In this document: positions 1 to 14,257 of the stretch, one piece after another | Position numbering within the stretch: position 1 is the stretch's first letter | Layout: every line of letters starts with the position of its first letter | Source of the DNA: Eledone cirrhosa | Lineage: Eukaryota | Assembly (NCBI GenBank): GCA_964016885.1 | Contig: OZ024744.1 | Location: forward strand, 119,536,001 to 119,600,000 | DNA length: 64,000 bases | Reading direction: 5' to 3' | Program-made: the position numbers and the translations under genes | The notes under the pieces: generated by a model | What the model was told of the DNA's origin: nothing | Database searches by the model: none | What the model saw: the letters and a program-made list of their open reading frames with translations, nothing else

Positions 1-1185
1 GTGTCACAACAAAAAGTACCCAGTACACACTGTAAAGTGGTCATGTAGGTGTCACAACAAAACGTACCCAGTACACACTGTAAAGTGGTCATGTAGGTGT
101 CACAACAAAAAGTACCTAGCACACACTGTAGACTGGTCATGTAGTTGTCATGACAAAAAGTACCCAGTTCAAACTGTAAAATGGTCATGTAGGTGTCACA
201 ACAAAAAGTACCCAGTACACACTGTAAAGTGGTCATGTAGGTGTCACAACAAAACGTACCCAGTACACACTGTAAAGTGGACATGTAGGTGTCATGACAA
301 AAAGTACCCAGTACATACTGTAAAGTGGTCATGTAGGTGTGACAACAAAAATTACCAAGTACACACTGTAAAGTGGTCATGTAGGTGTCACAACAAAAAG
401 TACACAGTACACACTGTAAAGTGTTCGAATAGGTGTCACAACAAAAAGTACCCAGTACACACTGTAGACTGGTCATGTAGTTGTCATGACAAAAAGTACC
501 CAGTTCAAACTGTAAAATGGTCATGTAGGTGTCACAACAAAAAGTACCCAGTACACACTGTAAAGTGGTCATGTAGGTGTCACAACAAAACGTACCCAGT
601 ACACACTGTAAAGTGGTCATGTAGGTGTCACAACAAAAAGTACCTAGCACACACTGTAGACTGGTCATGTAGTTGTCATGACAAAAAGTACCCAGTTCAA
701 ACTGTAAAATGGTCATGTAGGTGTCACAACAAAAAGTACCCAGTACACACTGTAAAGTGGTCATGTAGGTGTCACAACAAAACGTACCCAGTACACACTG
801 TAAAGTGGACATGTAGGTGTCATGACAAAAAGTAGCCAGTACACACTGTAAAGTGGTCATGTAGGTGTCACAACAAAATGTACCTAGTACACACTGTAAA
901 GTGGTCATGTAGGTGTCACAACAAAATGTACTCAGTACACACTCTAAGGTGGTCATGTAGGTGTCATGACAAAAAGTACCCAGTACACACTGTAAAGTGG
1001 TCATGTAGGTGTCACAACAAGTACTCAGTACACACTGTAAAGTGGTCATGTAGGTGTCACAACAAAATGTACCTAGTACACACTCTAAGGTGGTCATGTA
1101 GGTGTCATAACTAAAAGTACCCAGTACACACTCCAAAGTGGTCATGTAGGTGTCATGACAAAAAGTACCCAATACACACTGCAAA
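1..1185. repeat. 48-bp minisatellite block 1 (runs off the window start)
   Basis: Tandem monomer GTGTCACAACAAAAAGTACCCAGTACACACTGTAAAGTGGTCATGTAG. The variant monomer GACTGG..GTTCAAAC recurs at 131, 467 and 659, i.e. 7 and 4 monomers apart. Confidence 0.98.
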
Positions 1186-1345
1186 TGTGGTTGGCATTAA
1201 GAAGTGCATCCAGCTGTAGAAATCAAGCCCAAACCTGTTCTGTATGAGCAAGACATGGTCACCTGACCTGACTTGTTTCACAATGGGGCAACTCATCAAA
1301 GACATGCTAGTGTGGTTAAATGGACATTAAACAGTGATGATGATG
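1186..1345 (+). mobile_element. 3' half of an RTE-related SINE-like element (starts all six spacers)
   Basis: GTGGTTGGCATTAAGAAGTGCATCC aligns with the RTE 5' UTR at 47560-47590 (GTGG..TGGTGTTAGGAAGGGCATCC). It ends in GGACATTAAACA followed by a (GAT)n tail. Confidence 0.65.
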
Positions 1346-3099
1346 AAAACAGGACCCTGACACCATTGTTAAAGGGGTCCTGTTCATTATGTAGAAAAAG
1401 GGGCAATACGGTGCAGCAAGGGTAAGTTATGTGTTGTGAGAGACTGACAGAAAATGTAAACTTTGTAAATGGAGAATACACAGGTGTAGTTTCTATTACA
1501 TGGGTAATCTAATGATAAGTGGATGGGATTTACTGAAAGTAGACAGAATAAGAATGGGTGAGGGTGGAGGGAGATATTATTTTTGTTGGTAGTAAAAGGT
1601 TTCTATGTAGTCGCCTTCTTTGTCGAAAAACAAAGAAGGTCAAGAATTGATGAATTCCTAGTTTCACTTTAGAGATCATCAGGGCTTTGCGTTTCTAGAT
1701 ACACCACTCTTGGGTCCGAAATAACAGCTGGGGTGAAATAGATGGTATGGAACAAACGGGGTGGAATGGAATAAGTAGGTCTGGGTTGGAAAATCAGTAA
1801 TTTTTTCTAGGTTGTCTCTATTGATATTTTAAAAAAACAGAATTAGTCGTTTAGTTTACATATTGAGACCCAACCCATCCTATTTATTTTATAACATATG
1901 GTATTTCTAATAATGTACTTTTTTCGTCATGTATAATGTTTTTTAATGTCTAAATGAAAATTGTCACAGGAATGCTACCACTTAAAATAACATTTATCAG
2001 GAGATAGATTAGCAACATTTAATAAGAGGTAGGGGTGGAATAATAGCGGTGTTGGAACATTAATAGGAGTGGGAGAGTCATTTGAGTACATTTTCGCATC
2101 AACTTTGTAATTAGCAAAGGTTAATAATTTTATTAGTTGATGTACAAATATTACGTTTAAATAATTTTTAAAAAGCAGAAATAGAAAAAGTATATTTCAT
2201 TTAAGTACATCCAAACATAAACTCACTATATATATATTGGGAATAATTTATGTCTAGTTTTAATTCAAAATATATTTACTTTAATAAGTCATAACACAGT
2301 AATATCATTTAAGACAACAGTTGCCTTCGATTACCTCCCTTGTTACATATATTACAATTTATTTTAGAATTGGGGCATGGCCACCTAAATTAATCATTTT
2401 ATGGGGTGTTTGCCTCTCCTTTTCATTTATGGTTTTTATAGTCCTCTCCTATACACCCAGGTTTGCCTTTCTTTTCCCTTTCCCCCTATTTATTTTTCAT
2501 TTCTTAATTTTGTCTTTATCCTTTTATTTTTTATATTTTCATCATTAACAAAAAATTAAGTCAGAATTATATGAGTGGCACAAATATTTCCATCGGAATA
2601 TCTAATCAGGGAATAGACGATTATTAGGGGTTCGTTTCAATTCCACACAATATCGTTAATAAATCTGCTTCTGACTGTTATTTGAGGCTATCTCACCATA
2701 TGCATGTATATCTTTTATAAATACCATTTATCAAGTTTTTATTATATAAAATAAATATAAATAACATTACAAATTGCTCACAATTCTTTCAGAATAACAT
2801 TACCAATATAATGTTGATAAACACAAATATAAACACATATAACAAATAAAATTAACTATTGCTAGGAACCTCACAAAAACAACAAGAAAATATATGACCT
2901 GAGCGAGAGGAAGAAAAAAGAAGGAAAAGACAAAACAAAGGAAGGAAGCAAACACAAAAACGACCTTCATTCACCAGTGACAATTAGTCGAACGTCACAA
3001 GAGTCAATAGACAGCAATTGGGACAATTAGTCACACGTCACAAGTGTCAACTGAATATTTTGAGGCAACATTACCAAGAGTGATGACAAGGCTGAAACA
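1186..3099. repeat. ~1.9-kb macrosatellite spacer, copy 1
   Basis: Near-identical copies follow later satellite blocks. The same 61-aa minus-strand ORF recurs at 1296, 6261, 11277, 18831, 26574 and 29939. Confidence 0.97.
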
Positions 3100-6000
3100 A
3101 AGTAGCTAGTACACACTGTAAAGTGGTCATGTAGGTGTCACAACAAAGAGTACCCAGTACACACTATAAAGTTGTCATGTAGGTGTCACAACAAAGAGTA
3201 CCCAGTACACACTATAAAGTTGTCATGTAGGTGTCACAACAAAAAGTACCTAGTACACATTGTAAAGTGGTCATGTAGCTGTCACAACAAGTACTCAGTA
3301 CACACTGTAAAGTGGTTATGTAGGTGTCACAACAAAGAGTACCCAGTACACACTATAAAGTTGTCATGTAGCTGTCACAACAAAAAGTACCCAGTACACA
3401 CTATAAAGTTGTCATGTAGGTGTCACAACAAAGAGTACCCAGTACACACTGTAAAGTGGTCATTTAAGTGTCATAACAATAAGTACCTAGTACACTCTGT
3501 AAAGTGGTCATGTAGGTGTCACAACAAAGAGTGCCCAGTACACACTATAAAGTTGTCATGTAGGTGTCACAACAAAGAGTACCCAGTACACACTGTAAAG
3601 TGGTCATGTAGATGTCACAACAAGTACTCAGTACACACTGTAAAGTGGTCCTGTAGGTGTCACAAGTACTCAGTACACACTGTAAAGTGGTCATGTAGCT
3701 GTCACAACAAGTACTCAGTAAACACTGTAAAGTGGTCATGTAGGTGTCACAACAAGTACCCAGTAAACACTGTAAAGTCGTCATGTAGCTGACACAACAA
3801 AGAGTACCCAGTACACTCTGTAAAGTGGTCATGTAGGTGTCACAACAAAGAGTACCCAGGACACACTATAAAGTTGTCATGTAGGTGTCACAACAAAGAG
3901 TACCCAGTACACACTGTAAAGTGGTCATGTAGATGTCACAACAAGTACTCAGTACACACTGTAAAGTGGTCGTGTAGGTGTCACAACAAAGTGTACCCAG
4001 TACACACTGTAAAGTGGTCATTTAGGTGTCACAACAATAAGTACCTAGTACACTCTGTAAAGTGGTCATGTAGGGGTCACATCAAAAAGTACCCAGTACA
4101 CACTATAAAGTTGTCATGTAGTTGTCACAACAAAAAGTACCTAGTACACTCTGTAAAGTTGTCATGTAGGTGTCACAACAAGTACTCAGTACACACTGTA
4201 AATTGGTCATGTAGGTGTCACAACAAGTACTCAGTACACACTGTAAAGTGGTCATGTAGCTGTCACAACAAGTACTCAGTACACACTGTAAAGTGGTAAT
4301 GTAGGTGTCACAACAAGTACCCAGTAAACACTGTAAAGTCGTCATGTAGCTGTCACAACAAAGAGTACCCAGTACACACTATAAAGTTGTCATGTAGGTG
4401 TCACAACAAAAGGTACCCAGTACACACTGTTAAGTTGTCATGTAGGTGTCACAACAAAGAGTACCCAGTACACAGTGTAAAGTGGTCATGTAGGTGTCAC
4501 AACAAAGAGTACCCAGTATACACTGTAAAGTGGTCATGTAGCTGTCACAACAAAGAGTACCCAGTACACACTGTAAAGTGGTCATGTAGCTGTCACAACA
4601 AAGAGTACCCAGTACACACTGTAAAGTGGTCATGTAGGTGTCACAACAAAAAGTACACAGTACACACTGTAAAGTGGTCATGTAGCTGTCACAACAAAAA
4701 GTACCCAGTACACACTATAAAGTTGTCATGTAGGTGTCACAACAAAGAGTTCCTAGTACACTATGTAAAGTGGTCATGTAGGTGTCACAACAAAGAGTAC
4801 CCAGTACACACTGTAAAGTGGTCATTTAAGTGTCATAACAATAAGTACCTAGTACACTCTTTAAAGTCGTCATGTAGGTGTCACAACAAAGAGTTCCCAG
4901 TACACACTGTAAAGTGGTCATGTAGATGTCACAACAAGTACTCAGTACACACTGTAAAGTGGTCCTGTAGGTGTCACAAGTACTCAGTACACACTGTAAA
5001 GTGGTCATGTAGCTGTCACAACAAAGAGTACCCAGTACACACTGTAAAGTGGTCATGTAGCTGTCACAACAAAGAGTACCCAGTACACACTGTATAGTGG
5101 TCATGTAGCTGTCACAACAAAGAGTACCCAGTACACACTGTAAAGTGGTCATGTAGCTGTCACAACAAAGACTACCAAGTACACACTGTAAAGTGTCATG
5201 TAGCTGTCACAACAAAGAGTACCCAGTACACACTGTAAAGTGGTCATGTAGGTGTCACAACAAAAAGTACCCAGTCCACACTGTAAAGTGGTCATGTAGG
5301 TGTCACAACAAAGAGTTCCTAGTACACAGTGTAAAGTGGTCATGTGGGTGTCACAACAAAGAGTACCCAGTACACATTGTAAAGTGGTCATGTAGGTGTC
5401 ACAACAAAGAGTTCCTAGTACACACTGTAAAGTGGACATGTGGGTGTCACAACAAAAAGTACCCATTACACACTGTAAAGTGGTAATGTAGGTGTCACAA
5501 CAAAGAGTTACCAGTACGCACTGTAAAGTGGTCATGTAGGTGTCACAACAAAAAGTACACAGTACACACTGTAAAGTGGTCATGTAGCTGTCACAACAAA
5601 AAGTGCACCGTACACATTGTAAAGTGGTCATGTAGGTGTCACAACAAAAAGTACCCAGTACACACTGTAAAGTGGTCATGTAGGTATCACAACAAAAAGT
5701 ACCTAGTACACACTGTAAAGTGGTCATGTAGATGTCACACCAAAAAGTACCCAGAACACACTGCAAAATGGTCATGTAGGTGTCACAACAAAGAGTACCC
5801 AGCCAACACTGTAAAGTGGTCATGTAGATGTCATACCAAAAAGTACCCAGTACACACTGCAAAATGGTCATGTAGGTGTCACAACAAAGAGTACCCAGCC
5901 AACACTGTAAAGTGGTCATATACGTGTCACAAAAAAATTACCCGGTACACACTGTAAAGTGGTCATGTATGTGTCACAAAAAAAAGTACCTGGTACACAC

Positions 6001-6150
6001 TGTAAAATGGTTATGTAGGTCTCACAAAAAAAAGTACCCAGTACACACTCTAAAGTGGTCATGTAGGTGTCACAACTAAAAGTACCCAGTACACACTGTA
6101 AAGTGGTCATGTAGGTGTCATGACAAAAAGTACCCAGTAGTCACTGCAAA
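3100..6150. repeat. 48-bp minisatellite block 2
   Basis: Same monomer, with 45- and 42-bp deletion variants. Confidence 0.98.
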
Positions 6151-8067
6151 TGTGGTTGGCATTAAGAAGTGCATCCATCTGTAGAAATCAAGCCCAAACC
6201 TGTTCTGTATGAGCAAGACATGGTCACCTGACCTGACTTGTTTCACAATGGGGCAACTCATCAAAGACATGCTAGTGTGGTTAAATGGACATTAAACAGT
6301 GATGATGATGAAAACAGGACCCTGACACCATTGTTAAAGGGGTCCTGTTCATTATGTAGAAAAAGGGGCAATACGGTGCAGCAAGGGTAAGTTATGTGTT
6401 GTGAGAGACTGACAGAAAATGTAAACTTTGTAAATGGAGAATACACAGGTGTAGTTTCTATTACATGGGTAATCTAATGATAAGTGGATGGGATTTACTG
6501 AAAGTAGACAGAATAAGAATGGGTGAGGGTGGAGGGAGATATTATTTTTGTTGGTAGTAAAAGGTTTCTATGTAGTCGCCTTCTTTGTCGAAAAACAAAG
6601 AAGGTCAAGAATTGATGAATTCCTAGTTTCACTTTAGAGATCATCAGGGCTTTGCGTTTCTAGATACACCACTCTTGGGTCCGAAATAACAGCTGGGGTG
6701 AAATAGATGGTATGGAACAAACGGGGTGGAATGGAATAAGTGGGTCTGGGTTGGAAAATCAGTAATTTTTTCTAGGTTGCCTCTATTGATAATTTTAAAA
6801 ACCAGAATTAGTCGTTTAGTATACATATTGAGACCCAACCCATCCTATTTATTTTATAACATATGGTATTTCTAATAATGTACTTTTTTCGTCATGTATA
6901 ATGTTTTTTAATGTCTAAATGAAAATTGTCACAGGAATGCTACCACTTAAAATAACATTTATCAGGAGATAGATTAGCAACATTTAATAAGAGGTAGGGG
7001 TGGAATAATAGCGGTGTTGGAACATTAATAAGAGCGGGAGAGTCATTTGAGTACATTTTCGCATCAACTTTGTAATTAGCAAAAGTTAATAATTTTATTA
7101 GTTGATGTACAAATATTACGTTTAAATAATTTTGAAGAAGCAGAAAAAGAAAAAGTATATTTCATTTAAGTACATCCAAACATAAACTCACTATATATAT
7201 ATATTGGGAATAATTTATGTCAAGTTTTAATTCAAAATATATTTACTTTAATAAGTCATAACACAGTAATATCATTTAAGACAACAGTGTCCTTCGATTA
7301 CCTCCCTTGTTACATATATTACAATTTATTTTAGAATTGGGGCAAGGCCACCTAAATTAATGATTTTATGGGGTGTTTGCCTCTCCTTTTCATTTATGGC
7401 TTTTATAGTCCTCTTCTATACACCGAGGTTTGCCTTTCTTTTCCCTTTCCCCCTATTTATTTTTCATTTCTTAATTTTGTCTTTATCCTTTTATTTTTTA
7501 TATTTGCATCATTAACAAAAAAATTAAGTCAGAATTATATGAGTGGCACAAATATTTCCATCGGAATATCTAATCAGGGAATAGACGATTATTAGGGGTT
7601 CGTTTCAATTCCACACAATATCGTTAATAAATCTGCTTCTGACTGTTATTTGAGGCTATCTCACCATATGCATGTATATCTTTTATAAATACCATTTATC
7701 AAGTTTTTATTATATAAAATAAATATAAATAACATTACAAATTGCTCACAATTCTTTCAGAATAACATTACCAATATAATGTTGATAAACACAAATATAA
7801 ACACATATAACAAATAAAATTAACTATTGCTAGGAACCTCACAAAAACAACAAGAAAATATATGACCTGAGCGAGAGGAAGAAAAAAGAAGGAAAAGACA
7901 AAACAAAGGAAGGAAGCAAACACAAAAACGACCTTCATTCACCAGTGACAATTAGTCGAACGTCACAAGAGTCAATAGACAGCAATTGGGACAATTAGTC
8001 ACACGTCACAAGTGTCAACTGAATATTTTGAGGCAACATTACCAAGAGTGATGACAAGGCTGAAACA
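6151..8067. repeat. macrosatellite spacer, copy 2
   Basis: Near-identical to 1186-3099. Confidence 0.97.
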
Positions 8068-11000
8068 AAGTAGCTAGTACACACTGTAAAGTGGTCATGT
8101 AGGTGTCACAACAAAGAGTACCCAGTACACACTATAAAGTTGTCATGTAGGTGTCACAACAAAGAGTACCCAGTACACACTATAAAGTTGTCATGTAGGT
8201 GTCACAACAAAAAGTACCTAGTACACATTGTAAAGTGGTCATGTAGCTGTCACAACAAGTACTCAGTACACACTGTAAAGTGGTTATGTAGGTGTCACAA
8301 CAAAGAGTACCCAGTACACACTATAAAGTTGTCATGTAGCTGTCACAACAAAAAGTACCCAGTACACACTATAAAGTTGTCATGTAGGTGTCACAACAAA
8401 GAGTACCCAGTACACACTGTAAAGTGGTCATTTAAGTGTCATAACAATAAGTACCTAGTACACTCTGTAAAGTGGTCATGTAGGTGTCACAACAAAGAGT
8501 GCCCAGTACACACTATAAAGTTGTCATGTAGGTGTCACAACAAAGAGTACCCAGTACACACTGTAAAGTGGTCATGTAGATGTCACAACAAGTACTCAGT
8601 ACACACTGTAAAGTGGTCCTGTAGGTGTCACAAGTACTCAGTACACACTGTAAAGTGGTCATGTAGCTGTCACAACAAGTACTCAGTAAACACTGTAAAG
8701 TGGTCATGTAGGTGTCACAACAAGTACCCAGTAAACACTGTAAAGTCGTCATGTAGCTGACACAACAAAGAGTACCCAGTACACTCTGTAAAGTGGTCAT
8801 GTAGGTGTCACAACAAAGAGTACCCAGGACACACTATAAAGTTGTCATGTAGGTGTCACAACAAAGAGTACCCAGTACACACTGTAAAGTGGTCATGTAG
8901 ATGTCACAACAAGTACTCAGTACACACTGTAAAGTGGTCGTGTAGGTGTCACAACAAAGTGTACCCAGTACACACTGTAAAGTGGTCATTTAGGTGTCAC
9001 AACAATAAGTACCTAGTACACTCTGTAAAGTGGTCATGTAGGGGTCACATCAAAAAGTACCCAGTACACACTATAAAGTTGTCATGTAGTTGTCACAACA
9101 AAAAGTACCTAGTACACTCTGTAAAGTTGTCATGTAGGTGTCACAACAAGTACTCAGTACACACTGTAAATTGGTCATGTAGGTGTCACAACAAGTACTC
9201 AGTACACACTGTAAAGTGGTCATGTAGCTGTCACAACAAGTACTCAGTACACACTGTAAAGTGGTAATGTAGGTGTCACAACAAGTACCCAGTAAACACT
9301 GTAAAGTCGTCATGTAGCTGTCACAACAAAGAGTACCCAGTACACACTATAAAGTTGTCATGTAGGTGTCACAACAAAAGGTACCCAGTACACACTGTTA
9401 AGTTGTCATGTAGGTGTCACAACAAAGAGTACCCAGTACACAGTGTAAAGTGGTCATGTAGGTGTCACAACAAAGAGTACCCAGTATACACTGTAAAGTG
9501 GTCATGTAGCTGTCACAACAAAGAGTACCCAGTACACACTGTAAAGTGGTCATGTAGCTGTCACAACAAAGAGTACCCAGTACACACTGTAAAGTGGTCA
9601 TGTAGGTGTCACAACAAAAAGTACACAGTACACACTGTAAAGTGGTCATGTAGCTGTCACAACAAAAAGTACCCAGTACACACTATAAAGTTGTCATGTA
9701 GGTGTCACAACAAAGAGTTCCTAGTACACTATGTAAAGTGGTCATGTAGGTGTCACAACAAAGAGTACCCAGTACACACTGTAAAGTGGTCATTTAAGTG
9801 TCATAACAATAAGTACCTAGTACACTCTTTAAAGTCGTCATGTAGGTGTCACAACAAAGAGTTCCCAGTACACACTATAAAGTTGTCATGTAGGTGTCAC
9901 AACAAAGAGTACCCAGTACACACTGTAAAGTGGTCATGTAGATGTCACAACAAGTACTCAGTACACACTGTAAAGTGGTCCTGTAGGTGTCACAAGTACT
10001 CAGTACACACTGTAAAGTGGTCATGTAGCTGTCACAACAAAGAGTACCCAGTACACACTGTAAAGTGGTCATGTAGCTGTCACAACAAAGAGTACCCAGT
10101 ACACACTGTATAGTGGTCATGTAGCTGTCACAACAAAGAGTACCCAGTACACACTGTAAAGTGGTCATGTAGCTGTCACAACAAAGACTACCAAGTACAC
10201 ACTGTAAAGTGTCATGTAGCTGTCACAACAAAGAGTACCCAGTACACACTGTAAAGTGGTCATGTAGGTGTCACAACAAAAAGTACCCAGTCCACACTGT
10301 AAAGTGGTCATGTAGGTGTCACAACAAAGAGTTCCTAGTACACAGTGTAAAGTGGTCATGTGGGTGTCACAACAAAGAGTACCCAGTACACATTGTAAAG
10401 TGGTCATGTAGGTGTCACAACAAAGAGTTCCTAGTACACACTGTAAAGTGGACATGTGGGTGTCACAACAAAAAGTACCCATTACACACTGTAAAGTGGT
10501 AATGTAGGTGTCACAACAAAGAGTTACCAGTACGCACTGTAAAGTGGTCATGTAGGTGTCACAACAAAAAGTACACAGTACACACTGTAAAGTGGTCATG
10601 TAGCTGTCACAACAAAAAGTGCACCGTACACATTGTAAAGTGGTCATGTAGGTGTCACAACAAAAAGTACCCAGTACACACTGTAAAGTGGTCATGTAGG
10701 TATCACAACAAAAAGTACCTAGTACACACTGTAAAGTGGTCATGTAGATGTCACACCAAAAAGTACCCAGAACACACTGCAAAATGGTCATGTAGGTGTC
10801 ACAACAAAGAGTACCCAGCCAACACTGTAAAGTGGTCATGTAGATGTCATACCAAAAAGTACCCAGTACACACTGCAAAATGGTCATGTAGGTGTCACAA
10901 CAAAGAGTACCCAGCCAACACTGTAAAGTGGTCATATACGTGTCACAAAAAAATTACCCGGTACACACTGTAAAGTGGTCATGTATGTGTCACAAAAAAA

Positions 11001-11166
11001 AGTACCTGGTACACACTGTAAAATGGTTATGTAGGTCTCACAAAAAAAAGTACCCAGTACACACTCTAAAGTGGTCATGTAGGTGTCACAACTAAAAGTA
11101 CCCAGTACACACTGTAAAGTGGTCATGTAGGTGTCATGACAAAAAGTACCCAGTAGTCACTGCAAA
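8068..11166. repeat. 48-bp minisatellite block 3 (duplicate of block 2 plus one monomer)
   Basis: Same order of variant monomers as block 2. ORF 4387 (236 aa) and ORF 9355 (252 aa) differ by 16 codons. Confidence 0.98.
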
Positions 11167-13082
11167 TGTGGTTGGCATTAAGAAGTGCATCCATCTGTAG
11201 AAATCAAGCCCAAACCTGTTCTGTATGAGCAAGACATGGTCACCTGACCTGACTTGTTTCACAATGGGGCAACTCATCAAAGACATGCTAGTGTGGTTAA
11301 ATGGACATTAAACAGTGATGATGATGAAAACAGGACCCTGACACCATTGTTAAAGGGGTCCTGTTCATTATGTAGAAAAAGGGGCAATACGGTGCAGCAA
11401 GGGTAAGTTATGTGTTGTGAGAGACTGACAGAAAATGTAAACTTTGTAAATGGAGAATACACAGGTGTAGTTTCTATTACATGGGTAATCTAATGATAAG
11501 TGGATGGGATTTACTGAAAGTAGACAGAATAAGAATGGGTGAGGGTGGAGGGAGATATTATTTTTGTTGGTAGTAAAAGGTTTCTATGTAGTCGCCTTCT
11601 TTGTCGAAAAACAAAGAAGGTCAAGAATTGATGAATTCCTAGTTTCACTTTAGAGATCATCAGGGCTTTGCGTTTCTAGATACACCACTCTTGGGTCCGA
11701 AATAACAGCTGGGGTGAAATAGATGGTATGGAACAAACGGGGTGGAATGGAATAAGTGGGTCTGGGTTGGAAAATCAGTAATTTTTTCTAGGTTGCCTCT
11801 ATTGATAATTTTAAAAACCAGAATTAGTCGTTTAGTATACATATTGAGACCCAACCCATCCTATTTATTTTATAACATATGGTATTTCTAATAATGTACT
11901 TTTTTCGTCATGTATAATGTTTTTTAATGTCTAAATGAAAATTGTCACAGGAATGCTACCACTTAAAATAACATTTATCAGGAGATAGATTAGCAACATT
12001 TAATAAGAGGTAGGGGTGGAATAATAGCGGTGTTGGAACATTAATAAGAGCGGGAGAGTCATTTGAGTACATTTTCGCATCAACTTTGTAATTAGCAAAA
12101 GTTAATAATTTTATTAGTTGATGTACAAATATTACGTTTAAATAATTTTGAAGAAGCAGAAAAAGAAAAAGTATATTTCATTTAAGTACATCCAAACATA
12201 AACTCACTATATATATATATTGGGAATAATTTATGTCAAGTTTTAATTCAAAATATATTTACTTTAATAAGTCATAACACAGTAATATCATTTAAGACAA
12301 CAGTGTCCTTCGATTACCTCCCTTGTTACATATATTACAATTTATTTTAGAATTGGGGCAAGGCCACCTAAATTAATGATTTTATGGGGTGTTTGCCTCT
12401 CCTTTTCATTTATGGCTTTTATAGTCCTCTTCTATACACCGAGGTTTGCCTTTCTTTTCCCTTTCCCCCTATTTATTTTTCATTTCTTAATTTTGTCTTT
12501 ATCCTTTTATTTTTTATATTTGCATCATTAACAAAAAAATTAAGTCAGAATTATATGAGTGGCACAAATATTTCCATCGGAATATCTAATCAGGGAATAG
12601 ACGATTGTTAGGGTTTCGTTTCAATTCCACACAATATCGTTAATAAATCTGCTTCTGACTGTTATTTGAGGCTATCTTACCATATCCAGGTATATCTTTT
12701 ATAAATACCATTTATCAAGTTTTTATTATATAAAATAAATATAAATAACATTACAAATTGCTCACAATTCTTTCAGAATAACATTACCAATATAATGTTG
12801 ACAAACACAAATATAAACACATATAACAAATAAAATTAACTATTGCTAGGAACCTCACAAAAACAACAAGAAAATATATGACCAGAGCGAGAGGAAGAAA
12901 AAAGAAGGAAAAGACAAAACAAAGGAAGGAAGCAAACACAAAAACGACCTTCATTCACCAGTGACAATTAGTCGCACGTCACAAGAGTCAATAGACAGCA
13001 ATTGGGACAATTAGTCACACGTCACAAGTGTCAACTGAATATTTTGAGGCAACATTACCATGAGTGATGACAAGGCTGAAAC
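11167..13082. repeat. macrosatellite spacer, copy 3
   Basis: Near-identical to the other spacers. Confidence 0.97.
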
Positions 13083-14257
13083 AAAGTAGCTAGTACACAC
13101 TGTAAAGTGGTCATGTAGGTGTCACAACAAAGAGTACCCAGTACACACTGTAAAGTGGTCATGTAGGTGTCACAACAAAGAGTACCCAGTACACACTGTA
13201 AAGTTGTCATGTAGGTGTCACAACAAAGAGTACCCAGTACACACTATAAAGTTGTCATGTAGGTGTCACAACAAAGAGTACCCAGTACACACTGTAAAGT
13301 TGTCATGTAGGTGTCACAACAAAGAGTACCCAGTACACACTGTAAAGTGGTCATGTAGGTGTCACAACAAAGAGTACCCAGTACACACTATAAAGTTGTC
13401 ATGTAGGTGTCACAACAAAGAGTACCCAGTACACACTGTAAAGTGGTCATGTAGGTGTCACAACAAAGAGTACCCAGTACACACTGTAAAGTGGTCATGT
13501 AGGTGTCACAACAAAGAGTACCCAGTACACACTATAAAGTTGTCATGTAGGTGTCACAACAAAGAGTACCCAGTACACACTATAAAGTTGTCATGAAGTT
13601 GTCACAACAAAGAGTACCCAGTACACATTATACAGTTGTCATGTAGCTGTCACAACAAAAAGTACCCAGTACACACTATAAAGTTGTCATGTAGGTGTCA
13701 CAACAAAGAGTACCCAGTACACACTATAAAGTTGTCATGTAGGTGTCACAACAAGAGTACCCAGTACACACTGTAAAGTGGTCATGTAGGTGTCACAACA
13801 AGAGTACCCAGTACACTCTGTAAAGTGGTCATGTAGCTGTCAAAACAAAACTATCTAGTACACTCTGTAAAGTTTTCATGTAGGTCTCACAACAAAAAGT
13901 ACCCAGTACACACTATAAAGTGGGCATGTAGTGTCACAACAAAAAGTACCCAGTGCACACAGTAAAGTGGTCATGTAGGTATCACAACAAAAAGTACCTA
14001 GTACATACTATAAAGTTGTCATGTAGGTGTCACAACAAAGAGTACTCAGTACACACTATAGAGTTGTCATGTAGCTGTCACAACAAAAAGTACGCAGTAC
14101 ACACTATAAATTTTTCATGTAGGTGTCACAACAAAAAGTACCCAGTACACACTGCAAAATGGTCATGTAGGTGACACAACAAAGAGTACCCAGCCAACAC
14201 TGTAAAGTGATCATGTAGGTGTCATGACAAAGAGTACCTGGGACACACTGTAAAGTG
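13083..14257. repeat. 48-bp minisatellite block 4a
   Basis: Same monomer; interrupted by the LTR element. Confidence 0.97.

Noticed and set aside
1296-2548. Short ORFs conserved across the six spacers
   Set aside because: Conservation reflects recent duplication. Frames differ among copies and no domain is recognisable.
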